Shown here: positions 36,827-47,771 of the stretch, piece after piece
How the letters are laid out: the number at the start of each line of letters is the position of its first letter
Position numbering within the stretch: position 1 is the stretch's first letter
From: Phoronis australis
Taxonomy: Eukaryota > Animalia > Phoronida
DNA length: 58,895 bases
Direction of reading: 5' to 3'
NCBI GenBank assembly: GCA_002633005.1
Contig: NMRA01000058.1
Coordinates: 1,170,828-1,229,722, forward strand
The notes under the pieces: model-generated
What the model was told of the DNA's origin: nothing
Seen by the model: only the letters and a program-made list of their open reading frames with translations
Database searches by the model: none
Program-made: the position numbers and the translations under genes

Positions 36827-39800
36827 GGAAATGGTGCAAGTAGCAAAATTACATTAAACAGTACACACCATGGATTTTTGCACATTTTGAATTACCGGTG
36901 GCCACAGACTAAATGTAAGACGTAAAATTTAGCTAAACNTTCAGAATATCCTGAATGCAGCAGTGGTATGACCCCAGTTTCCGGAAGTCATGAATCTGAG
37001 AGTTAGTATAAATTTTATACCGTTTGTCTCTCTCTGACTCTGTGCATATGAACAGATACTTTTTAAGGCTCCATCCACTTTCAAGCATCATAAATTGTCA
37101 ATGTTACACATTTACGTGGGTTACTCTACAACTGTCACACAAACAACGCAATCGTAAAATTTTGAAACAGAAGTTGCGTTGTTGCAATCTTTGAATGGAA
37201 ATGTGCCTGTTTTAGCAGTTTCTGTTGGTCACAATTTGTGTTTATATAGTTAATTCCCAAAGTACAAAAATCGAATTTATCTGTTTTGCAGACATCAGCC
37301 GGAGCCCCCAAAACTCGGGAGTATCGCAACCGAAGACATCACGAAGTACATGTATGTCTAAATATTTTCTTTAATGTTTTTACATAACCATTGCACTCAC
37401 TGTGAATAACCACAATGCACTTCCTTTTCTATAAGCTTGGTGTTCATCGGAATTGCGACATATGATTGTGCGCGTTTTAACTTAGCTTTCTGAATAAAAA
37501 TTATTAATGCATGCTTATAACACGACTCCCAACTAAGGGTGCATTGTCAACTTTAGTGGGCACCACCCACGTTTTGTCAAATAATTTTAAAGGCACTATT
37601 TCCGCTTCATTTTTGTTAAAAACTTCATGAAACGGATCTTTACGCAAACACTTTTATACGAAANATTATGGGTAATCTCTCCACTGGCAACCCCGCATAA
37701 ATAATGAGGTTTGGCTGAAGGTCCGCCCACTTTTTATAAAGTTAAAAAAAATTAATAGTAAAATAACGAGAGTATGTACATGGCTGTAATTTACGAAAAG
37801 AGTTAATTTTAGTGATATCTTTCGATTGGCAAATCTCAATTTGTGATCTAAGCAGGCGAAAGTAAAGTAAATAGTGACTTTAACAATTTAATATTAACAC
37901 AAAGAAGTATATTTCCTGATTACTCAATGGCAGATGAACCTGAATATATGCACTAACATTTCAAGTCTTTGTTCTGAGTCATGTGAGCTTTTTGTGGATT
38001 TTTTGAATTTATTACCTCGACTATAGGGCATATAACAAATGTACAACTTTTCATGCGAATCCATCCACGTGTTGGAAAAACCTATGTTCAAAACTTGTCA
38101 CAAAAAATAACTCTCAGAATACTTCTCGGATGTTTCTAACTACAGTTTCTGGTTCGTCTTTCATGGAGGATTAAAAAATATATAGCCTGTACTTTCATGG
38201 GTTGACATTGAACGGACGTGATGAACCGTGACTGACACTCGTGAAACAATACCATTAAGATGAACATGTTGTATTCTAACAGAAATTTTACTGTACATTG
38301 TATAACCTGTTGTGCTCTTAACCTGTGTTTGTTCTTATACTTTTCACTACTTCTTTTACAGTGACACAAAAGTCAACAAAACGCCTTATAGATTTAGCCG
38401 TGTTGGAAAACACGAGATTGGACAATGAACGGTTGAAGTTACATATAGAATTGCTGAAGCAAGAAAAAGAAGTCTTATTGCTTAAAAAAATCAGATATCT
38501 AATGAAATTCTCAGAGACTTCCCCAACATTATGGTTGGGCCTGACCAAGAGTGAAAGTCAAAAGTTTTTTTTCCAAAAAATAGAACGTTTTTGTATTTCG
38601 GCCAAAAAGAGGAGTGGGGTCACACCTTGGGTGCGGGTGAGAATTATATGAGGGTATTACCAATACTAATTATCAACTTAAAAATGTTTTAATGCATATT
38701 TAACTACTGTTTGTTAATCTGTATGAATTATGGTTTCAAATTTGAAATATTTTAATTTATTGTTATCTAAGTTAAGTAATCTTATTATAATTTAATCTCT
38801 ATATTCTCGTTAGGTATTTCATAATTCATGATGTGTTTGTGAATTACTTAAAGTCGTTTGATATTGTTTTTGAAGAACTTTTGACTGGTTTAATTGATAG
38901 ATAGTTCAAATTTTGACACTTGTTCAGTATAAATTGAAATTTTTAGCTGTCCAGAATAAAAATAATGTTAGACAGATCATTCGTGCATGTGTTTTATTTA
39001 ACTCCCTTTTAAAGAACGCCAATCGGTCAACAATTCACAAACACAGCTACGATGTTTTTCGGCACAAATCGCCTGTTTCAAAATTTAATAAAACAAATCT
39101 GTGGATCTGACAGCGGGAACAGTGGATAGCGCAAGAACATTGAAGGAACTTTTAACAATCGGTTTTGGCCATAGCATAAACAAAAAATATCAAGCGAATT
39201 TCAAGAAATTTATTTATTATTGACAATGTTTTGAGGGACAAAACAAAGCGAGTGATCTTACTGTAAACAAGTAAATATCAAATCGAATTAAAAACGTTGC
39301 TTGATATATGTTTTTGCTATCACGAGAGAGTTAACTAAAATGATTTCGTACGACTTGCTGCCGAACTTGCCGACCATCCTCCAGCTCTTGAGGGACCCTC
39401 ACGTCCTCTTCTTCCTCTTCATCATTGCCTTCCGCCCACGACTCACATATGTCCCCCCTCTCGATTCCTACGTTATGAAGTATGGCGCACGTAACTACAG
39501 CTTGACATGCCTTTTGAGGGCTCACTCGTAAACCACTATGTAAGCAAGCAAACCGTCTTTTTAAAATTCCAAAAGTCTGCTCTATGCAAACTCTTGCTCT
39601 GCACAACGCTGTGTTGAACGCTTCTTCGGCATTGTCGGCAGTGTTCAGAAAGGGCGTCATCAGGAATGGTCGACACGGGTATCCTGAATCCTCTACCAAA
39701 TAACCTCTATGCTCCCCTGCATTAAACAGAAAACGAAAGAATCTGTGAATGGAATATCAAGAAGCACGAACGAAATGGTCCCTAAGTCATGCTTGTAGCG

Positions 39801-41721
39801 GGGGGCACGGTTCTGGACGTACTACTCGTCTAGTACTTAAGGTCCCTCTTGGCAAGCATTTAGCGACCGCCTGCTAACGGGACTCACACCCATGGGAATG
39901 TGCTGTAACCTGTTTAACAAACACACTTCTCCCATTATGACAAACGAACCCCCTCCCTCCCCTGAGGAAAAAAATGGGAACTTAGAACCAAAATGGGAAG
40001 GGAATTTTTCGTCCCTAGCAGATGAAAATGTTGGGTTAACTTCGGACCGAACAATTGAAGACTAAAAACAACGTTCATCAGATGGAGCAGTGTGGAAACT
40101 GGGAAAGGCGAGCTATAGGCTTGGATCACTGCGACTGAGCCATGCAAAGGTCCACATTCCCACATTTAGCGCCCCTATTTCAATCGCTGTCTGATGGCAT
40201 GAACATCTTACGTTCTGCAATAATCTTAATGCATGGATGAAAAAGGTTCAGTGAGACCATTGCCTTAATTACAACGCGTTTAAATTTTCATTTGATAGTC
40301 CACGTAATAGTAAAACTCGTAACCCCATATTAATTTATTATACCTTGTTCAAACGGATGACATAAAGAAGACGTCCGAAAGATGCGACTGTCGTGGACAC
40401 TACCCGGCCACTTTGCCACACAATTTGTTATACGGAAAGTGGAATCACAGTGCATCTGCAAAGGAATTAAAAAAGGTTGTAAATCTATCATATTTATCGA
40501 ATACATATTTTTCCCTTCGCCTCATGAAGGCGGGACTTTTGAAATACCCNTGAGATACGGAAATCATTTCCAACAATAAAGTTTCGATATATTTAAAAGA
40601 TATCGCCATTACGCAGTAAAAAAAAACAGTTAAATAAACGGGATATGTCTGGTTGGGAATTAGTTACTGTTCTGGGCCCGGTCTCCAATCTCCGTACTCA
40701 GACTCATACTCATACTCGAGATTTCATACTCAAAATCGTGCTCACTGGAGTCGTACTCAAAAAAGCGTATCTAATGTAGTATTTCGAGTAGACTCCAAAC
40801 GTACTCAAATCTGACACTCATACTCGAGTTGCTATGGAACTCTTTATGATGTGAAATGCAAAATCACGCAAAGCCGCGCTGATTCATCGCTCCCTATTGG
40901 AATAGACCACCCGAGGAAATAGGCCTACATTATCGTCTGCTGTCGCTACAACTACAAGATTATGTCTATAACGTGGAATTCTGAGTGTTCTGTAACTGTT
41001 ATTCATTTTTTAGTTTCAATAAATATTCTTATGCCATTTCTTTGATGCATTTTGCAATTATTAAGCTTTACTTCTTGAGTTCCTCACCCAGTCCCGAAAA
41101 AGTCTTAAGAAATATTTAACAGCTTATAACATCACATCTCTGTTCAGTGCTAATTTAGTCTTGACATAAAACCCATTGCTGTGTAGGCCTACGCTGATGT
41201 CAAACTTTGATACTGTATCTTTGTATTTTACCGGGATGTATCAAGTGAGTTGACATTTGGCACGGCACGTGAGTTAAAAAACAATACTTGTGCATGCATT
41301 CAGAGTTCACCAGTGGCAGTGAACGGGACGAGACGTCTACTTAGAAATCGGCAAACAAAATCTGGAATTCCATTTGGGGATTGAGGAATTATAGATGACT
41401 AAGTTATGATGAGAAATGTACCTGAACGTTGATGGAATGATACATCTTCCTGTTGACAAAGACCGTTATTTGCGACTGACGGTCTCGCAACTCTTACGTG
41501 CGTACAATCAATTGCTGAGAGAACATTCGGAAAACCTGAAAAGAATGAAAAACGAAAATTATAAACACTTATATTGATCACATGGGCTAATAAATGTTAC
41601 AAATGTAAATCATATAATTTTTGCTCTTTGTAGCGCTACATCAGCCCAGCGCTCAGACTAGCCACCCCTCACAAGACACTATTTAGCAAAGTTTTTCCCT
41701 CAAAATTTGACCCTTCTGTAG

Positions 41722-42055
41722 AAGGGCCGTCAGAAACATAGGGAGCTGGGGGATACAGCCCCATGATTTGCAGAAAAAAAAAATTCGCGCGTACGTGATT
41801 TTAAGATTTTCAAAAAAGTTCAATTACACCCAAAGATGAACTATAATTCACTGATCTAAAACATTTTTAGTTTGGATTGGATTGTGGATCGTTCCAGTTC
41901 CCATCCGCAGACATGAACAACAAAAAATAGGAGTAGACCATAAGGGGAAGAGATGAAGAAAAAAATTAATAAAAAGACAAAAAAGGAATCCGTAGACTGC
42001 TAGGCTCGCCAACGAATTTAGCCCTCCCAATTCATTTTGCCTTAGGTCAGGCCTG
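41722..42055. mobile_element. hAT-like MITE in a transposase intron
   Basis: AAGGGCCGTC ... GGTCAGGCCTG degenerate ends. Flanks TGTAG/TGTAT. Confidence 0.4.
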
Positions 42056-42689
42056 TGTATGAGAAACTTAACAAATGTGGCACATCGGTAGTGTGTAATT
42101 TCAATCAGCATTAGCGATGAAAAGCGTCGATTTTTTTCTGCCGACAGTGCAGGTACTGCGTGGAGTCAAATAGGGTCCCAGATAACACCTAAGAACCATC
42201 CGAAATCGTGTGACAAGCATATAGGACATTAGTTCTAGAAATTGAATTTGAAATATTCTATAAAAGATGTGCTCTTTCGCTTTCTTTTTACCATTGTTAG
42301 GAATGACTTAACGATACTCTCGCTTTAGTGAATGGTGATTTGAAAATATACCAGCATTAGGTCACAGAAAGCAAATCTTTTAAGAGTATAAAAAATTGGT
42401 TTTCATGATTTTGACAACTCAATACCCCTGACATAATTCTGGNACAAGCATATAGGACATTAGTTCTAGAAATTGAATTTGAATTATTCTATAAAAGATG
42501 TGCTCTTTCGCTTTCTTTTACCATTGTTAGGAATGACTTAACGATACTCTGGCTTTAGTGAATGGTAATTTGAAAATATACCAGCATTAGGTCAAAGAAA
42601 GCAAATCTTTTAAGAGTATAAAAATTGGTTTTCATGATTTTGACAACTCAATACCCCTGACATAATTCTGGCTTCCCCGCGAAAACGAA

Positions 42690-42910
42690 ATAGCATTGTA
42701 CCGATCGAGATGCAATCTTTTCCTCAACTCCGACATGCTTAGGAACAAATTTAGTAATGTCACTCCAAACTGTAAATGTTGTGACCATCAATCTTATCCT
42801 CATGTTTTCTTCAAATATGTCCTGATCGAATACCCGAGAAAATCACACTTTCGTGCACTCAACGAAAACAAACTGATAATTGTAAATGCTTTCAATTCCT
42901 GTAAATAGCA
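42690..42910 (+). mobile_element. LINE 3' end fragment
   Basis: R.RC...LNSD......PNCKC...HVFF zinc-knuckle-like tail. Confidence 0.4.
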
Positions 42911-43049
42911 TATCTACTAAAGTTACATTATTATTAAATTGTAGTTCAAACTTCAACTTTTTTCTCAATAAATTTCTCTTAAGCAGTATTAGTAATTTTT
43001 TATGCAACGCTTATAAATCTTGTTGCTTTTGATTTCTTTCTCAATGATG

Positions 43050-43310
43050 CAGTGGTGGGCCGGTGACCCCGGTCCCGTGGGTCGGGTAACTTATCGCAGG
43101 CCCACAAACAAGATTTTTAAGGGAGAATTCGAATTGCACATTTTCGAATTTCAAAGTTTCGGACCCTAATTGTCAGAGGAGATATTGTTCCTCAGTTAGC
43201 CAGTCGCCGACGTCAGCCAGTCGACGCCAGTCAACATTTTTAGCTTCACTTGTTTGGTTCTTGGTCAACCCCAGTACTTGCTTTTTCGCTTGCTAACAAG
43301 TCCACTGCTG
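43050..43310. mobile_element. hAT-like MITE
   Basis: CAGTGGTGGGC ... GTCCACTGCTG inverted ends. Confidence 0.4.
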
Positions 43311-44569
43311 TGTAGGTCTATACGCTGATGTCAAACTGCGATATTGTATCTTTGCGTTACCGGAATGTATCAAGTTAGGTGACATTTGGCGCGTGAGCTC
43401 ATAGATATAGTCTATGGTGAGCTCAACAACACTACAATTAAGCATTCAGAGTTCATCAGTGAACGGGTCGAGACGTCTACTGAGAAATAATTTATGCAAA
43501 TATTAGGCCTAATGGAATACGACTCGCCGATTCAGTGACTAAGGAAATATGGATAACTAATACTATGATGGGAAATGTAGGCCTACCTGACATGGATGCA
43601 AACTGTTGCTTAACTTTCCTAGCCTCCTCGTCTTTCGGAAACCGTACAAATCGTTGAGCACCTGCTGCATTCAGGGCATCGCAAACTTCCCACACGGCTT
43701 TCCCCACAGCTGCTTTGGACACTCGTAACGACTCGCCGATTAGGGAGTAGAATGCGCCAGTTGCCAGAAATCGTAGTGTGAGAAGAAGTTTGTAAAGTGG
43801 AGGCAATGAAGTCCGGTGATACGGCGGGTTAAGATGAAGAAGGTTTAAAATGAAAACTATTGTCTCTGGACTGAAACGGAAACGCTGAAATATGGTACGT
43901 CGACTTAAATTTTCTAAGGGATTTGATGCGTCTCTCAATGGTCTTTCGATAATTTCTTCTCTTGCTCGTTGAATAATCTGTCTATGTCTCACATCCGCCA
44001 TATTTATTTTCGAGTACGATTTCAAGCACACTGCCGAACCAAACTTGAAATTTAGAGCATATACTCGGAATTTTTACTCAAAATCGTACTCGAAATATGG
44101 ATGAAATACACTTCGCTTCGAGTATACTCGAAAATTGAGTACGTGCTCGAAATTTCGAGTACAGACTTTTCGAGTATGACATTGAATACACCAAAGCTGA
44201 GTCTGTACTCGAGTTGAGTATGAAGTGTGAGTTTGAGCATGATTCGAGTCTGAGTACGGAGATTGGAGACCGGGCCCTGGTCTGTCACGCTGTGTTAGTC
44301 AGCTCTCGAGCATACACATGTATACTACCAGTTAAGAAATGGGGTCACCGTAGCACTCTCCAGGTTGAATATGGAATTCACCCTCTGAGTCTGGAATTGA
44401 ATGCCCCTTGAAGTTCTTAAGGAATTGATAGCTACGAGAACTTCAAGCGTAAACTGACCGGCAGTTTCCACTTGGCGTCAACTTGACTGCTCTTTCCAGT
44501 CATCACTTGATGAGTTCCCACCATGTCCCTGTGTCTCAAAAAGAATTTTGTTAATACATCTTATGCGAT

Positions 44570-45410
44570 TTAATAGCGTATAGTATACCTGTTGCTAAAA
44601 AACAAGCCAGACATTTAAAAAATACTAAGTTTTTTCTATTATCGAAGTTGTACCGTCTCCACCGTTGCTTTTACCAGTGCGATACTAGGGAGATGTGAGG
44701 AGCTGTGAGGAAAGTCTGCGGAAATCCGCCTTTTTCAGACAAGAAAAAGTGCGTTTGTGGAGGCTGTAGTAATAGCAACTTGACTGAAAACGTCTGTGTT
44801 CAAATTTCCCGAATACGTAAAAATTGCTCAGGAATGGCATTGGTTTGTGTGCAGCACGAAAGTGTGGAATGCCATTTGGAACATGCTACTCAGTTGGGAG
44901 TCACACTTTGTTCGGCACGTTCGTATTTCGACCAAACAAAAGCGGCGTTACGATGAAGGACTCGCCACCTTTTAAGTGTATTTACAAATTTTACAAACAA
45001 CGAAGAAACTGTCTGAATCCTAAGGCGAGTGATGCCAGGCTCTCCAACCCCAGCCCAGATCGTAGGCTTGTGCATTGTGTTTAGACCGTGCTCATCCCAT
45101 CAATACAACGTACAGTAAAAACGGATGACCCCCACGTTTTCTAGGACCTTAGTCAGTGATTATTAAGTGTCTGTTTTGTGAATATTGACCACCTCTTGGT
45201 TGAGTTGGCTGTGGCTCACATATGCCGGCAGAATTTCTCGTCCAAGTAGGTCGAGCGGCCTCAAAGCTGGTGGTAAATCGAATTCATTGTCTGATTCTTC
45301 CGGTTCTTGATTCGGCACGGCAGCTGCCCAGGGGAGAAGATCGGTATCTGGATCTATTGAACGTTGAGTAATAGAAATGTACCACCGCTTTGAGATTTTT
45401 AACACAAGTA
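44570..45410. mobile_element. Kolobok remnant: THAP (+) and KolX-like start (-)
   Basis: KCVCGGCSNSN...FKFP...W (44745-44920) converging on an acidic ..EILP..YxxEP-like segment (45163-45400). Ends not resolved. Confidence 0.45.
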
Positions 45411-45490
45411 TAAATTAACGCAGGTGTACACATTTCAATAACAAATGTGCTGCATCTTTAATAACATTGTAATTTATTTTTACAGACGGT

Positions 45491-47437
45491 ATGGCGCATT
45501 GCAAAGACATCCGAGAACTTTACCGAATCCTTGGATGTCCCATTTGCCTGGAACGCATCAAAGATCCACGGTCGTTGGCCTGCCTTCACTCGTTCTGTGA
45601 AGAATGCATTCGACGGCATGTGGAAGAAAGACAAGAGAACGACTCTTTCTTGTGTCCCTTGTGTAACACCAAGTTCAAGGTACCACAAGATGGAGCCACA
45701 GGCTTCAAGAGGAATACTTACCTCGAAGCAATCAGTGAATTATTTCCTGAATCTTCAGATGTGAAATGTGAAATCTGCAGTCTCCGTGGTTTGCACAGTC
45801 AGGCAGTATCCATGTGTATCAACTGCACGGAGGGTCTTTGTCAAAACTGCGCTCATTATCATTGTTTTACGAAAGCTACTTTGGATCATATGGTAGTGAA
45901 ATTGGAAGATGTCAGAAACGGCCAGCACATTGGGGAAATTCTCAGGTTCCAGTATTTCCACTGTCGCGCTCATCCTAAGGAGGAACTTAAGATTTACTGC
46001 GAAGATTGCAAAACCTGTCTCTGCGTGTTGTGCGCTATGGTAGAACACGACCAGCACAAAAAGGTTAATGTTGATCAAGCAGCAGCGAACGCTAGTGACG
46101 TCCTGGAGAGATTATTGGTACCATGGAGACAGACTACAAAGCATCATTCAGCATTGTCTGCCGAGAGGAAGAAGGTTTTGGATAACCTGGATCAGCGAGA
46201 AGAGCAACTCATTCAACAAGCAAAGGGGATGTTCAAAGATTTCAAGGATAAGATACTGCAGGAAATTGTGGTTAAAGAAAAGCAGTCCATTGATAATATT
46301 AAAGAACAGGTTGGTGCAGCACGCACACAAGCTGAGAAGGCATACAAAAATGCTAGAAGCACCGAAAGTTTGTTAACGCAAACACTGGAATATGTGAAGA
46401 ATATTCTACAATCAGCGCACGATGTTGAAAAACTGCAAAAGTTTCAAGACGTGAAATCCCGACTTGAGGAGTTGAATATTGAGAAAGTGGAAAATGAGGT
46501 GATCGTTCGTGTGATTGAATTACTTTCCCATGATCTCAAAATACCCAGCATTGCGGTGGGAGTCTTGAGCAAAGTCAAGAAACATCAGATGTCTTTGGCG
46601 CACTTGGAGTTTGTCCGAATACCAGTTATGATGGAAAAGGCTTCTCAAGCATTGTGCTTCCATTCTCTTCTGTCTGGACAAGAAAACACGGGGTGCTACG
46701 GGTTGGCAGTTACTGACAAATGGTTTGTCACTACCAGTCAGAAGAAAGTGAAGTTCTTCGACAGAGTCAGTGGTGAGTTTATGTTTGAGGCGAACCAAGA
46801 TCAACATAAACTGCGCTATGCAATGTGTGTAACTTGTAACAAGAAGGGCGAGATATTTGTTACTGATAAAGGTACTCACGTTGTGGTGAAGTACAGTGAC
46901 AAGGGTCAGCTCATGAAGGTCAGTGCACCAGACATGTACAGTGGCAACTGGGGCGGTATGGTATGTCATGGAGACGAAATTATTGCGACTGATAGAGACG
47001 GTGGGAGAGTGCTTATGGTTGATTCTGATTGCAACGTTACTAAAGTGATTGATAAAGACTCACTTGGACTGAGTGAGTTCGCACCAGCGTATGTGTGTAT
47101 AGACAACGACGGACACCTGGTAGTGGGTGATCATGTAGAAAGTTCACATAGGATACACGTGATTGACTACAAAAAATCAATAGTCATCAAAACATGTGAA
47201 CACCTTGATTCATTTCCATTCGGTGTGTGTGTGGATGAGTGGGGACACATTCTCGTTGCTTTTCGTGAAACAAACAAGGTGGTGTTGATATCAGTCGAGT
47301 CCAAGCCAGCGCGCGTTATCGCCACGAGTGATGACGTGAGCCGTCCCACTGGCCTTGCTGTGGCTGGTTCTGGAGAGGTCGCCGTGTTGGAGGAAGGAAC
47401 CGCTAACGTGAAAGTGTTCAAGTACCGGATTTATTAG
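45491..47437 (+). CDS. TRIM-NHL family E3 ubiquitin ligase (RING, B-box1, B-box2, coiled coil, NHL beta-propeller), 648 aa
   Basis: C3HC4 RING (CPIC..CLHSFCEEC..CPLC), B-box1 (CEIC..CINC..LCQNC..H..H), B-box2 (CRAH..CEDC..CVLC..H..H), helical region, NHL-like repeats (GEIFVTD, PFGVCVDEWGHILV, PTGLAV). Uninterrupted ORF. Splice acceptor TTTTTACAG ends at 45485, so there is probably a 5' UTR intron. Confidence 0.93.
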   Translation: MAHCKDIRELYRILGCPICLERIKDPRSLACLHSFCEECIRRHVEERQENDSFLCPLCNTKFKVPQDGATGFKRNTYLEAISELFPESSDVKCEICSLRGLHSQAVSMCINCTEGLCQNCAHYHCFTKATLDHMVVKLEDVRNGQHIGEILRFQYFHCRAHPKEELKIYCEDCKTCLCVLCAMVEHDQHKKVNVDQAAANASDVLERLLVPWRQTTKHHSALSAERKKVLDNLDQREEQLIQQAKGMFKDFKDKILQEIVVKEKQSIDNIKEQVGAARTQAEKAYKNARSTESLLTQTLEYVKNILQSAHDVEKLQKFQDVKSRLEELNIEKVENEVIVRVIELLSHDLKIPSIAVGVLSKVKKHQMSLAHLEFVRIPVMMEKASQALCFHSLLSGQENTGCYGLAVTDKWFVTTSQKKVKFFDRVSGEFMFEANQDQHKLRYAMCVTCNKKGEIFVTDKGTHVVVKYSDKGQLMKVSAPDMYSGNWGGMVCHGDEIIATDRDGGRVLMVDSDCNVTKVIDKDSLGLSEFAPAYVCIDNDGHLVVGDHVESSHRIHVIDYKKSIVIKTCEHLDSFPFGVCVDEWGHILVAFRETNKVVLISVESKPARVIATSDDVSRPTGLAVAGSGEVAVLEEGTANVKVFKYRIY

Positions 47438-47771
47438 GTTGATCCGTGATTCAACCCAGACCCCGTCACTTCCTGCCACTACAGCCTTTGCAAAATTAAC
47501 TCCGGTTTTCCATAGTCTGTGTTTGCATTGTCTGCTTTATGTTCAGCAGCAGATTGTATCAAAATGGTGCATTTGGCCAATGGTTTTTGGCGCTTGTTTT
47601 GAAATTACACTTTTTGTTCGTGTCGTCAAGCACAATTGCATCTTCCCAATGTCTAAGGCAGATTTGCCACGATCGTGATAAAAATAGAGTCATGAGTCGA
47701 TTACATATATGTAACTGATGATTGTCGGTTTGGTTTTCGGAATTTTAAACGTGTTTTATTTTTGTATTTAA

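Larger units (their letters stand above)
32371..38651 (+). pseudogene. Harbinger Myb/SANT-like DNA-binding protein, 6 exons
   Basis: GT-AG exons 32371-32378, 33977-34174 (W..EEE.LL...LFG...SWEEIA), 35244-35308 (RSAEECRKKYFNVK), 35667-35819 (KKTGGGPP...GISGGVET), 37292-37345 and 38362-~38651 (coiled coil). Splice phases are consistent. Frameshifts in A-runs of exon 2; 3' end uncertain. Confidence 0.8.
39331..44001 (-). pseudogene. HARBI1-type DDE transposase, 4 exons, one frameshift
   Basis: Exons 44001-43587 (RFRFS..LRFLATG), 41535-41422 (GFPNVLSAIDCTH, frameshift, VNRK.YHSINVQ), 40455-40344 (WPGSVHDSRIF) and 39716-39331 (DSGYP...IEQTFGILKRRF...LHN). All junctions are GT-AG. Confidence 0.9.
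32126..44276. mobile_element. ~12-kb PIF/Harbinger transposon (defective) with convergent Myb/SANT and transposase genes
   Basis: Left subterminal TACTCG-rich region (outer TIR missing). Right TIR ...GAGATTGGAGACCGGGCC. Both canonical Harbinger genes present and interrupted by nested insertions. Confidence 0.8.
40675..44276. mobile_element. Harbinger sub-element with perfect 31-bp TIRs
   Basis: GGCCCGGTCTCCAATCTCCGTACTCAGACTC and its exact reverse complement. CTG on both flanks (40672-40674, 44277-44279). Confidence 0.8.

Noticed and set aside
42213-42671. ~230-bp tandem duplication
   Set aside because: The copies abut at the N at 42443; probable assembly artefact.
45458-47678. Short antisense and alternate-frame ORFs overlapping the TRIM-NHL gene
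   Set aside because: Shadow ORFs with no recognisable motifs.
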